DNA of 64,000 nucleotides from Balanoglossus misakiensis (lineage: Eukaryota > Animalia > Hemichordata), in the NCBI GenBank assembly GCA_040954595.2, contig CM082594.2, positions 10,234,296 through 10,298,295 of the forward strand. Reading direction: 5' to 3'. Position 1 is the first letter of the stretch, and every line of letters starts with the position of its first letter. Both the position numbers and the translations under genes were made by a program. The notes below the pieces were generated by a model. The model did not search any database and was not told where the DNA came from. It worked only from the letters and a program-made list of their open reading frames with translations. Of the stretch, positions 32,833 to 45,017 are shown piece by piece.

Positions 32833-35832
32833 GTGAGACTTATCACATGTCAGTCACGAATGTCACAGTAGTACCAACACGATTGTTCTCTTTCAGAACG
32901 GAGGGCCTTATTGATGTCAACCACCCTTTCTTCAGAGGTGTATACAGCAAGTTTGGCAGACAAGACCAGCTCAGCATACATCGCCCTGAGTGTCAGATTT
33001 AAAGAAGTGGTAAGATCGAATGTAGTTTTTATGTGAACAACTGTAATTTTTTTGCGACTTTAATTCCTGGAAACATGAGTGTACTATACACACACCGCCG
33101 ATGTATGCTAGTAGTCAAAATCAATGCACAAGACTTTCATTGTGACTGTGATTTTAACCCCCCCCCTCCCTTGAGAATTGCGTGGCAGTCAAATTTTATA
33201 CAAGAATGTACTGTCTCGCAACATGTGAAACATTTCATGACTTTTTATAACTGGTTTATGTTCTTTCGTGAATGGCAGATTGTATACATGTTAACGAGGA
33301 GTTTGATTACGAAGGACACTTTCTACGGAGTTGGCGCCATCACTTTCTTCGAGGGCAGTGTCGTGGGGAACGCCGATGTGCTGTTCTCATCGGATTCGTC
33401 GGTTAGTGCAGACGACATTGGGGCTGTCGTCAACTCTTACGGCAACGGTGATGATGATTTGGCGGTGATCACTTCTGGAGCGGTACAGATGACCTTTAAC
33501 CTGACCACGCTTATAATGACGGGTACGTGAATTCATTGGCAGCATGTTAATTAAAGGGCGACGGTCGTCTTGTGCCAAACCTTAGACTCTGGATAGAAAC
33601 ATTGTATACGGTCAATGTCATAAGACAGTGTGCTGTACTAACAATAAAAAAGATGGCGGCGACCATAGTCTGTGTCGGAGATCGGGAAAAGACAGCAATT
33701 GGGTGAAATGGAGGGACACATCTCAAGACTACTTATGAATGAAATATGGAAGGAAGCAAAGGAGGTCCACTATTTAAATGTGCCGAACGCAAAATTTGCA
33801 GAACATTTGGATTGCACGTACTGTTTGGACACACGAAATTACGCACATGCGCATAAGACGATAGTCGGCCTTTAAATTGGCCTTGGCAGGATACATATTA
33901 ATTTGCTTTCTAAGAAGGCGTGAGGATCAAACATTTCTCTTTTTTCTTAGAAATGTTGTCAATGAGTCACTCGCAATGACATTTTTGTATCTCTGTAGAT
34001 TACGACCCATGTACGACTTGCTCGGCTAACGCTACATGTTTGGTTGCCAATGGCAACGCTACGTGCCAGTGTAACGAAGGCTTCGAAGATGTATCGTCAG
34101 GTTCACCGGGCACGGACTGCATAGGTATGTCGTCATAACATTTTGCATACATACATTTTGCTTGCATAAATACAATACTTGCATATATGCGGTGTCTTGG
34201 ATATTGCCAATTCACATTCTTCACATTCTCCCTTTTCTCCTCAGTCCCCATGGCAACCACAGAGACAGCTGCTTCCACCATGTCCACAGGAACTACAGTT
34301 TCACCAGAAGAATGTTCTGCCGATTACTGTTTAAATGGCGGCACATGTTCTCTTGATTCTGACGGAAACAGACAGTGCCGGTAAGTAAAAGATTGATCAG
34401 AAAAACTATGACATCATCAGCAAAAGGGAAAGAAAACCTCTGGTCACTAGTGATGGTGTTATGCCCTGACCAATAATTCTGACATCTCTCTTTTCGTCTC
34501 ACAGATGTCCAGAACGCTACGAAGGTGATAGATGTTCCACTGATCTGGGAAGCCCAGACGGTAAGTTTTCCCGCAAAAATAGTTGTTAGGTAGTAGTCAT
34601 ACTAACATATAAGGTACATGCATTGACTTGGGTTGAAATGCGCACCGCCACTCTATTTTACCGAAGATTTTCTCCACCAACAGACTCGGATTTCATCGAA
34701 GTCATCGCAATCGTTGGCGGCGTGGTCGGCGGCATCTTCCTCATAGCCATTGTCGTGTGTGTAATGTACTGCTGTGTAGTTTGTGGTCGCAGTAAGCCCG
34801 AGAGACCGCGAGAGAGTATGTTCATCCGGAACCCGTACGTCGGAAAGTACCCCGAGGGATTCGTCAGAGACAGCCGGGGCTCGGATGAAATTGCCTGGGA
34901 GACGGTGTCCTCTGGGCAGTCCAGTGCCGGCAGGCCCGACGAAATTGAGGAGATGGAGCGGATGAATACATTGGCTTCGGTCATGGAGCGTGCGCCAATG
35001 CTGAATGTAAGTCGTTGGGACTATTTTCTAAGGAATTAGTCCCGATTCGGTAATACTAGCTTCAAATTGGCATGTATGTACCAGCATAATGAAGACATAC
35101 TATTGCACCAAATTTGCCTCTGTCCATAATCATTTGTGGGCGACTTTATAACAGTGGCCTGGCAAATAACACACCACGTCCGTGTTTTTTAACCTTTACA
35201 GGAGAGAATCAGGGAAAGACTCCGTTCATTCGATGTCAGAAGTATCCGACAAGCAGCAGCGCTTCCGCAGAGATCGTCAGAATTCATCACGCCTTACGTT
35301 GCATCAGGCGTGGAGGTACGTGTGCAAATTTCTAGTTGAATGGAGTTGTGACTGTGTTTACTGGTAATTGTGAGTGTGACTGTTGGAACATGTCCTTCTG
35401 AATGTTGTTGTGTTTCTTTGTGTTTTTGGTGTCTGATCCTGTTCGATACTCATCGTGTGTGGAACTTGCATTTATTACTCTTCCAGGCAACCGAGAGAGA
35501 AATGCAGAGAAGGCAGATGGCTTCGAGACGCGGGCAACGCAGGAGCAGTAGACGGGACGAAGGCGTTCTTATACCCCGGGCAAGGAATGAGGGCAACCCG
35601 ACTCACCACGTTCCCTTCAGCCAGTTGGTAAGTTGAGTTTTGTTCGGTTGCATTAAAGAGACTAACTCCACAAACGCTCGTGGTTTTAGGGTCATTCTTA
35701 TTCTCCTTTATGTGTTGCATTCTACGTCATTCCCCGTCGATACTAAGTTTCCACATTTTTTTTCTCCATTTTCAGAGGGACTCAAGCAGCAATAGTGAAA
35801 CTCAATCAGTCAGTGACTTCAGTATGTATTAG
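10854..35832 (+). CDS. Gene B: giant MUC4-like membrane protein, signal-EGFx9-NIDO-AMOP-VWD-EGFx~24-SEA-EGFx2-SEA-EGFx2-TM-tail (roughly 2,900 aa, estimate)
   Basis: Signal exon 10854-10923 ([23 protein letters not shown], phase 1). EGF exons 15663-19634. NIDO from 19753 ([33 protein letters not shown]). AMOP (CLDWY, CPCS, QLCCY, FCC). VWD with GDPH at 22513-22524. cbEGF exons to ~30986. SEA exons 31245-31372 with 31694-31928, and 32897-33009 with 33279-33522. TM exon 34684-35006. Tail exons 35202-35315, 35487-35627 and 35776-35832 (ends ...SVSDFSMY*). The link between exon 1 and the exon at 15663 is inferred from phase. Confidence 0.88.
20406..20647. mobile_element. TTAA-flanked MITE with Kolobok-like AGG...CCT termini, family K2
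   Basis: TTAA|aggcacagt ... actgtgcct|TTAA, non-coding interior, intronic. Confidence 0.65.
22037..22114 (+). mobile_element. 3' fragment of MITE family K1
   Basis: gcagaacatttgggttgcacgta...aaattacgcacatgcgcataagaggatcgtcggtctttaa matches the 3' end of the element at 33551-33875. Confidence 0.65.
27589..27708. repeat. (GAT)n microsatellite, ~40 units, intronic
   Basis: GAT run with a few GGT/GAC interruptions inside intron 27581-27744. Confidence 0.96.
32219..32345. repeat. Compound (GAGT)n-(GAAT)n microsatellite
   Basis: Tetranucleotide runs directly visible in the intron after the EGF exon ending at ~32203. Confidence 0.95.
32733..32832. repeat. Compound (GT)n-(GA)n microsatellite
   Basis: Dinucleotide runs directly visible, intronic. 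Confidence 0.95.
33551..33875 (+). mobile_element. TTAA-flanked MITE, Kolobok-like, family K1 (full copy)
   Basis: TTAA|agggcgacggtcgtcttgtgc ... gcataagacgatagtcggcct|TTAA. The interior (aagatggcggcgaccat, tgaaatatggaaggaagc, gtccactattt) is shared with 49131-49417. Confidence 0.75.
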
Positions 35833-37894
35833 GACCGAGGGAGGATGGTATGTTGTTCGCCAGAATGTTTACATTTCGACGGGGGAGTTACATGGGTGTC
35901 GGGATGATGTGTCCATCTAGAAAGGGATTGCGTGAACTTAATACCGTAGAGTGGCGATCAACGGTTATGGTGGCGGTCAAATCTTGGAAAGGATCTCTGT
36001 CACAGGATGAACCGTCATCGCGTTGAACAGGAATCTCCTCTGGTGTGTTCTTTTCAACTGCGAAGACATTCCGGGAGTGAGGCCTTGGTCTACTATCGCG
36101 AAAAACAATCACTTCTTTTCAAACGTTAGTTTTCTGATAATCCTGAGAAATGCTGCCAAGACGTGTAAGAATGAAAGTCCCGGAAGAACCATTGGAGAGA
36201 TTTGAAAGCGCCACCACAGTTACGATCGGATACAGAAGAGAACCTGATTTAGCAGCCTCCCCTGCTGATCTGTTCTGTCCGCTCAGCAACCGTCATCGAT
36301 GCCACATCCTTTACCAAATCTCTAATTTTGTGTCATGTGCAATTATCGATTTGGTAATGTGAAAGAAAGGGTCTGAAGGCCATATCGTGAACAACGTCCT
36401 AAGCCACGCAGTGAGGTGTTCACGTTATCTCGTTATATTTACATTTCCTTTCTTACTTCAAGATTTAATATGTCGTTCAATCAGGGGATATTTTTGAGTC
36501 TAATGTACTCCAGGTAGCCAATAATGTCGTCATGCACTCTACTAGTGCATGAATAATAGTAAGTCATTTTACATTTCCTGTCACAATGAATACAATGAGA
36601 AAGAAAGTGTAAACTATTGGAATTTAAATTTAACAAAATATATATTCTCTTGCCCAAGTTAATAACTCGATTATTCTAGTGTATTATGATAAACTATTAC
36701 TAATAATGTGAAATGTATTGTAAATATATTTGATGTATTTAATATTAATTCATCGCATTTTTTCAAACTATTTCATGGAACAGTTATCTTAGAAATGATT
36801 TGTTTAACATTTCACCTTGTCTGTAGAACACGCTTGGCCTATGTAGGGGTAGGTTGCAATGTCTGCGTTCGTGTTTTCAGGCGCATGCGCCGACCACATC
36901 TCGTCTCCCAACCTTTGGCGCTGCTAACTGTACACAGTATTTCAAAGTCGGGTAATAGGTTTTTAGTATCTCTGTCATGGTTTTGGAGTTATAACTTTCA
37001 GGACTATGATGAACACGTTGTACTAAAAGTAATTCCTTGTCAGTTTTAACGAAATACCTTAAGCTACTTTGCACTTGTCTTCGAAAGTTTAATCAGAAAT
37101 GTTTTAAAACACGTATATATATCCAGATATATAGATGAGGTCAGTCCTTTTGATAAATTTTAGTCTGAAATAATCTGTTTTATGGGAAAGTCGTGCATAC
37201 CGCTGGACTGATTGTGTGGAACGCAGGGAGTTTTGTAAGAAAATCAAAAATTCGTAATTTTAAATATTCAATCCATCGGCATTTTTACATATTTAATTTT
37301 TGAAAAAGAGCAATATTAATACCGAAGTTTTTAATACAATTTTCAAGGAAAGAATTCGTTTCTTTTGTATTGTTTTTACTTTACTCTCGAATACATTGTA
37401 AGACTTTGTGGGCGATTTCCTGTTCTATTTATATGAATCATGCGTATCTTGGCATCAGCGGTAAATTTCTTTATGTATGCCCGCGTTGGGTGATTTTACC
37501 CCTATGCTCAACGTCAAAGCCTTGAAATTTTCCGTATAAAAATAAAAGTATTGGCACTTATTTTTCAACGTCCTGTCTTTATTTACGGGTTAGAAAACTT
37601 GTTAACATCCTATTGAATGTAGTAGAACATCTCCATATATTGTTAATCAATTCATAAATAGCGGCCCCTTCAAACGTAGCCATAACTGACCATTGCACGT
37701 GCATGGTCAAGCAATATACGGCCGTTCGGCGTAATTTGCATAACAAAGGGTGTGATACGTGAGTTCCAGTGGAATTCATGCAACGGTACGGGTGGGCGTA
37801 CACGTATACGCTTGCGTCTTGACATGTACCGTCTGCCGTTCCCTGTCGTTTCCGTGAGCCTAATTCTACACTACTGAACATTTTGCCGGGCGAT

Positions 37895-40800
37895 ATGACG
37901 ACTCCCTCTCAGGCGGTGGTGTTTCTGTTGAGTGTCTTGGCAACCGTTCGCGGTGAGTAGTCGAATTTTCTGTCTTTGAAAGCAAAGTACTTACCGGGGT
38001 CTGGTTCAATCCTGTCCACCAAGCATGGTTCACGGAAAATATTCCTATACCTGTTCTCCACACCTGACGCAGATTTTTGATCGTCAAATTTTGATCGCCC
38101 GACTCCTTCAATTTCCCAAGAATACTTTTACCGGCCACGTTCTTTTTAAACGATTTCACCTCTTTTTTTAAATTTTCGGTCCACTATGTAATGTTTTAGC
38201 TACCGGCGTTTTTTTTTCTGCTGCTGATGGAAACATGTTTCGTTCGACCTTGCGCATAACGGTGGCCCAAATATGGTTTAGATTGTTCGCTCTACCGTAA
38301 TGGCAGAGTAAACCGGGGTCCGCAATGCGTGTTTAGGTGGTCGCCTCAACTCCAAACTAACACACAGATGGGCATCCATATGTATCTTGTAGGAAAATGA
38401 TCGATATTTTTGTCGAATAAAAAACAACACCAAGGGGATCATATTGTCAATCAGTTCATCACAAGCAGAGATTGGTCGTGAAATTTAATTACTATTCTTT
38501 GAAAATATTATGAGTCATTGCAACCCAGGACTTTATTTTTAATTTAATGCCCACCGGTTAGTACGATGAAAAATTAGCCGGCAACATCACAGTTTGATAT
38601 TCCTCAGGATAAAAGATGGCGTCCATTGCACTGTGCTCTCCACAGGTTTGTCATGAATATGCAGAGATGCCATCTTGTTCTGGGGGAATATTAAGCTGCA
38701 ATCGTGTCAGTTTTTAAATTGTCGAATTATTTCTCGCCTCTTAGAAGTAACTGGTACAACAGTCAGTCCGACGGGTGTTTCTATGACAACGGAAGAAGTG
38801 CTGAACGCCGAAGCTTTGGGCACTATAGACATCTTGGATAGCACTACAGAATATGCTGTCAATGTCCAGTCTGAGATTATATCGACAGTGAGTAAAGGCA
38901 CCGAGGAAAACCTGGCCACCGAAGAAGCGGAGGAGAGCTCGGAGGAGGTAGTCACGGCGTACCAAATCACCACGGACGATTCCGTGCCCGCTGCAAATGC
39001 GAATCGCATGGCAAAATGGGATGTCGCAAAGGGCGGGGAAGGAGCCGTCGAGAAGTCAACCGCGCTGCCGCCGGCGATAGCCAGGACCCCCTCCAACAAT
39101 ACCGGGGCCGGCGGCGATGATCACGGCCGCGGCGACATCGCGTCAGCTGGAATGACCACCTGGGCAGCAACGAGAGACGGCGAGAGAAACGGCCCAGGTG
39201 GTCTGGAGTCCCAGGTGGTACTGGACGCCACGAACCCAACTTCCGGTTCAGTCGCGGGAAATAACACAGGGAGAGTACGTTCGGACGATGTAGAGTCAGT
39301 TATAGACGTTGCCGAGTGTGACAGCCCAACCACCAATGACTGTGCGCAGTTCGCAGTGTGCGTCGAATTACCAGGATCGTTCAACTGTTCCTGTGTCGAC
39401 GGCTATGATGACCAGTCACCGGATCAACACAGACCGGGCAGAGTTTGTGAAGGTAAAATACTTCCATTTCTCGATACGTTTCACTTTACATTTTGAATAA
39501 GTCCCTTTTCCACTGTTTTTGCTGAAAGCAAGGGCTGCCAATTTTGCCCTTCCAGTTTCTGCGTGGTTTCTTTAAGCCCTTCACCCCCAGTTCCCGCTAT
39601 AGAGGTCCATCCTGACCATTTTTTTCTTCCCAACCTCGTCTTTATCAGAAATCTGTCCACCGGATTATTGTTTGAATGGCGGAACTTGTCAAGGTGACTC
39701 TGTTGTCAACCAAACATGTAGGTAAGTCATCAACGTTTGCCATGACCATTAATATTCAATCTTTTACCCTGATATGACCTGCGCTCCCGTTACCGGAATC
39801 AACTGTCGTCTATATTTTGGCATGAATTCATATACATCATGGCAGTCACATACTTGTTATCATAGAAGCCACAAGACTCAAACGTAAACTTCAGACTACA
39901 CAACACTATGATGTCAGACAAACCATAAGAAATACAAAACCCAACTTTCGTTTTCTTAGTGTGTATATTAAGCTTTCAGTAAAAGAAGATTTATTTGTGT
40001 CATTGTGTTGCACAGGTGTAGCCCCGGACTTCTTGGAGACAGATGTGACATTGTTTCAGGAAGCCAAGTAGATGATCTCTCAGGTACGTCTCACTGTGTT
40101 TCTCTGCTTTGTTGGAAGAACATGTTCAACATCTATATGTTTGCACACCGTGGCACAGCACAGCACAGCACAGCACAGCACAGCACAGCACAGCACAGCA
40201 CAGCACACCAAATATTATTAGAAGATATCACAAAGCTTCCAAGGAACTTTCTAGAATTCCACAATTTCCTCGTTCGATGTTCACCCTTCGTCTGTCATGG
40301 TTTGATTTCAGACAGAAAAGGGTACCGGGTCCTAGCCTTCGTTCTGGCCATCGTGATCGGCGGCATGTTGACGGTGGCCTCGCTGGTCTACTTGGTGTAC
40401 TGGTTTCGCATCCGGCGTCGATCGGGAAAATATTTTAGGAAGAAGAAACGCAGCTCCGATTCCTGGGATACCAGCTGGGACTCGTCGTCATTCACGGCCT
40501 CGGGGCATTTTACATCGGTGCCGGACTCGCCGAGCGATCAGCGGTCGGTGTCGTCATCGCAACGGACGTCGCGGGGTTCGCCCGTCATGAACGTGAGTCA
40601 CAACGGATAGATTTGTTAATTCCCCAATAGGCCTGGCTGCCATTAATTTTTTTAAAGGGCGACGATCGTCTTATGCGCATGTGCCAAACCAGAGACTCTG
40701 GTTACAAAACTGTATATAGTGAAATTAACTATGAGAAATCTACAGCAATGTACTTATACTTCAACGTGTGTATTTCTTACAGTTAGGGATGAGAGCTAAG

Positions 40801-41376
40801 CTGAGCGACAATTTTATGAGTGAACTTCAAGCGCAGTTGTCCAATATACCGGAGACCAAGTTCGCTGACGTCGCTACTGGGGAAGAGGTGAGAGACATAT
40901 ATATTTACAAGATAGGATTTCAATTATTGGATAATTTCTGTACATAATTTGTGACACGTGGTATCAATAGCAACCAAGTTTCTCTGCTTGAATCGCCAGG
41001 AAGCAATATACCAGAAAAAGTGGATGGAAGAAGAAACTCGGGGAAGAACACCGTGGAAAAGCAAGCAGTATGGAAGGGTATTTTCAAGTCCAAGACCTCG
41101 GTCAAGGGAGCAAAGGCGGTTTAAAGATGGGAAAAGCCAACCGGAGTCGAGCAGCCCGCGCAGTGAAAGTTCACAGGTTTGTATATTTGACTCTTAACCT
41201 ACAACCTCATGGGCAATTGATTATACTTTCCGTCGTCCGAAGCACGCCAGCCATGTATGTTAAAAGGTTAGACTGTACGTGTGTGTGTCCATACATAAAT
41301 GCATACTCTGAACGCCTGTCTTTGCATTATATTACAGAGTTCTATGGTTTGCAGCATATCCGGCAGGCATATATAA
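37895..41376 (+). CDS. Gene C: short paralogue of genes A and B, signal-S/T/E-rich stalk-cbEGF-EGF-TM-tail (~502 aa), no SEA
   Basis: Exons 37895-37952 (MTTPSQAVVFLLSVLATVR), 38745-39452, 39649-39721, 40016-40083, 40312-40592, 40783-40887, 41000-41176 and 41338-41376 join in frame (1509 nt). TM VLAFVLAIVIGGMLTVASLVYLVYWF is followed by RIRRR. The EGF ending ...YDDQSPDQHRPGRVC is homologous to the one in gene A. Confidence 0.82.
40153..40207. repeat. (CAGCA)n pentanucleotide microsatellite
   Basis: About 11 copies of cacag/cagca in intron 40084-40311. Confidence 0.9.
40652..40716 (+). mobile_element. 5' fragment of MITE family K1
   Basis: ttaaagggcgacgatcgtcttatgcgcatgtgccaaacc...gactctgg matches the 5' end of 33551-33875. 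Confidence 0.65.
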
Positions 41377-41763
41377 TACATGAAGATAGGTCAACTTTAC
41401 ATCCAGATTCAATATTATAGCCCACATATGCAGTGTTGGGATTTTAGAGAAGAATGGAGATATATATTTATATAGTAATATTCCTTTTAGTTGTCTATTT
41501 TTGTACAGCGTTGAAGAACAGGAATTGTTAATTGTAGTGACGAGGAAGCCTATATAATACTTGATAATAGACTGCGGGTTCAGCAAATTTGAGACGCCAA
41601 ATCACTGAGACATTTACACTGTCTATATGCAACACACAGTACATGGCGTGTTTGGTCATTGTTAGTCTGTGGACAGATTCTGTGATTGTACATGTATAGT
41701 ATATGCTTTTTACCCTACAGTGCGCTGCGAGAAAGAGCAACACGACGATACGTTGCATTCTCT

Positions 41764-41954
41764 TTAAAGGTATACGGCCACCTATGCAACTTTAGCTACA
41801 GTCACCATGCCAAAATGAGATTTGGCCAATCACAAATTTTCAGTGGTTGGCACACGCGAAAAAACAGCGCCACCACCGTTCTTTATAACACTCAGATACT
41901 CCATTTTAGCCATACATGGACATATGTAAATTGGAGGTGACCGTGTACCTTTAA
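41764..41954. mobile_element. TTAA-flanked MITE, Kolobok-like, family K3
   Basis: TTAA|aggtatacggccacct ... aggtgaccgtgtacct|TTAA. A matching 3' end (aattggaggtgactgtatacctttaa) occurs at ~45830-45857. Confidence 0.65.
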
Positions 41955-43825
41955 TTGCCATTTGCAAATCGACCTAAGATTCTTTTTGCTGCAGTTGTCT
42001 GCTTACGGTTTGCATGCTTTAGTTTTAAGCCCTAGCAACCACCCTCAACTCCACCCAAACCCCACCCCCGCGCGCAACACAGCAAATCACGTCAGGTTTT
42101 ATAATACCCGCGACTTGAAGAGCTGTGTGTATGGATACGTAGAATCAGGAACTAGGCATGTTGACTACGAGATGCAAATAAGTAATAGTCTCAGGCGGTA
42201 AAAAACTCACCTTGCTGATATTTGAAACGATAGGAGAAATCTCGACAAATTGGGTTTCGTCCTGTGTAATAGTCTAAATTCTTGCTCGTCGAGAATCATT
42301 TGTCCGATGTATGTGTTTGTTAGACGTGTGTGCGTGTTTATGTGTACTATAATTTATATATTTATTAAAAGTTAAAAAGGCGACGTAAGAAAAGATAAGA
42401 TCTATAGTATATTGGCCGCCATCTTTGGCCAATTTGTTCGACCAAAATGGCGCGTTTTCATCACCCCATAAACATGTGTGTGATAGTGGTAGTGCTCAAA
42501 CCGGCGTCTTTTATTGACTACCTTTCGCTGAAGGCGGGAAAAAAAGTTTGGCCAGTTTTCCCTGCAGTGCGTGTCGTCGTTAGCCGTTTAGGGCAGCCAT
42601 TTTGGTTTGTCGTGTAGGCCCTTCGATCCGTTGGCACTGAAACGTTGATCGCAGAATCTCGACATTCCACCACAGCAGTGTCCTATCGACTGTACATGAC
42701 AGTATAACGCCACCAACTTGATAAAGTCACAGAAATAGCCGTGTGATAGAGCCTTGGTCGGCAGATGCATTGATTTTCGGCTACTGCCAAGGCTTCACAT
42801 TGTAAGTGCTGCCATTCACGTTCAATAATAGCCCTCCCGTTCAAATATCAAAACAAAACAAAACATTTACACTTAGTGCAATAGCGTGCTTCTTGCAACA
42901 CGAGCTTCGTTGATAGCTCGATTGCGTCCACAAATTTTCTCCTACGCCTGTTCATGGACTGTGCTTGTTATTACCCTTGGGGTGGAAATGTATATGTCAA
43001 TTTTAAATAGTTATAGCTTTATTTGCATTTCAAGACCTCCGGCCCATGTGCAAAGGGGGTTAGATTTAGTTATGTCAATTTTAATGAACTATTGTATATT
43101 GTGGTCCACCCAATGTATATCTACTGAACAATTCATGTACCATTTACGAGTGTGTTAAGGGAAAACTGGTCAGAAATTTCTTGGATTTGCTCAACAAAGG
43201 AAATCATTGCGTTCAAATTAGCCAGAAAGTAGACGGACTTATGAACTTATTTCATGGGATCATAATTGGTGAGCGGCCTCCCTAATTTAGCGAACGGTTT
43301 GTTTTGATGCGCTCTCACTTTCTTTAAAAGTTAATACGGCTTTTTGTTCACTGTAATACGTGTGTACGTCGTATTTGTTTAATTTTGCTCGAAATATCTT
43401 GCAAAAGAGCCATTTGAAGTGAAAAAAATATGATTTGACATTTTTGGAAGTTTAAGATTTAAGTTGTGAGCGTCATCTTTACTATCATTTAGCGTTAAGT
43501 TATTTGAATGTATTTCACGTGTTAATTTTTAAGAGATAGTTTGCGCCTACCAAAAAACAACATAAACCAAATTAAAGTATAAAAAATATATCTCCGTATA
43601 TACTAATACATGCATAGTGAAAATGTAACCATATGTAAATATACAAAAAAATCTAACCACTTACCAATAGCAAGTAATACCAATATTAAAATTATAAAAA
43701 AAGGTATTTTTGTGTGAGTTGTAATTTGTCGTCGGTCTGTGATATTAATGTTGGGTCTCTGATTCGTAACTTCACTGGAACAAAATGTTTTTTGTAGAAC
43801 TAAAATATAAATCCGTTAAAATACA

Positions 43826-43864
<39 letters not shown>
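43826..43864. repeat. (CAGA)n microsatellite
   Basis: Tetranucleotide run directly visible. Confidence 0.9.
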
Positions 43865-43866
<2 letters not shown>

Positions 43867-45017
43867 GCGAGTACAGAGAGCTGCGTGTTCTGGAATGCAC
43901 GAGTTAGTGCAAAGGAATTCTCCTTTTTCTTGTTTTGATTGTTTTGTTTGTTTTGTAGCCTTTCACACTGCCCATTCATCGTGGGTGTGGTGCAATAAAA
44001 AAACACCACACAGTACTACATACGCCGAACCAAGGCTAAGTACTGAGGTGATTAAATCTTTAAAACTGTGAAAACAAAACTGCTTAAAATCAAACGCAAT
44101 AGAATGTATTTATCATCAGCCAACATAAGAAACAGTTTATTTTTGTGACGTGATCAAAAGCTACCGAAACATGCCATGACATGCCGTGGGCAATTATTAC
44201 ACTAATTTAATTGTTACAAAACCATTCTCTCAGGTCATATAGTACCTGTATTTCATGTAGGATTAATGAACTGTGACCTACAGAAAAAGGCGTAGATGTA
44301 TTTTTATTTCCCTTGTGCTTCGCTAAACTTGTAAACCACACCCAGTGATGACATTATTTTCAAAAAGCCTTCGCAGGTGATCAAGGTAAAATCCAACGCA
44401 GTCTTTTATAGTCTTGTTGATCAAAGCTACCACCTGGTCTTCACTGCCAGATGTAAGACTAAATGAAAGTTGTCACGGTTGAAAACGATATCGCACTCAC
44501 AAGGCGGATATTTTTCGAAATTGACCAAGATTTTCTTCGTTCATTTTCTCGGTGAACGACACCCAAAATAAACGACAAGGTTTTCGAAACAATGAAATTT
44601 GTGATGAGTGGCTTTCGCTTTGTTAATCAAGGACGGAACCAGGTTTAAAAGAAAATACAAAAGACAGCCACACCGTTCAAAAAGGCAGAAGTCGGCAGAA
44701 GTCGGCGTATGATAGAACTCGTTGATAAGTTGGCGGCAACACTGGTGTAGAATCTCTAAAAAGGACCGATTTCGATTTCATCCCCACACGAGGCTTGGCC
44801 AGATGCGCATAATATTTAGTCCGTCTTGACCTCATGGTGAGGCGGTGTCATTGTACGTTCGCGAAGTATGTCATGCATGTAGAAAAAGGGTGCGGTCACA
44901 AAATAGACCACTTCCAGTATACTTCAGCTGCTTTGCTAACATGACATTCTGCTGGACGAAGTGAAAGCTTCATATCAAGATCTGCTGTGACAATTTATTT
45001 GTGGCTTAGTACCGGCC

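Noticed and set aside
32113-33002. HSFI/HSLT and CV/TH repeat ORFs
   Set aside because: Translations of intronic microsatellites.
42200-44900. Possible additional gene between genes C and D
   Set aside because: No coherent exon chain or recognisable peptide on either strand; it looks like intergenic DNA with old repeat fragments.
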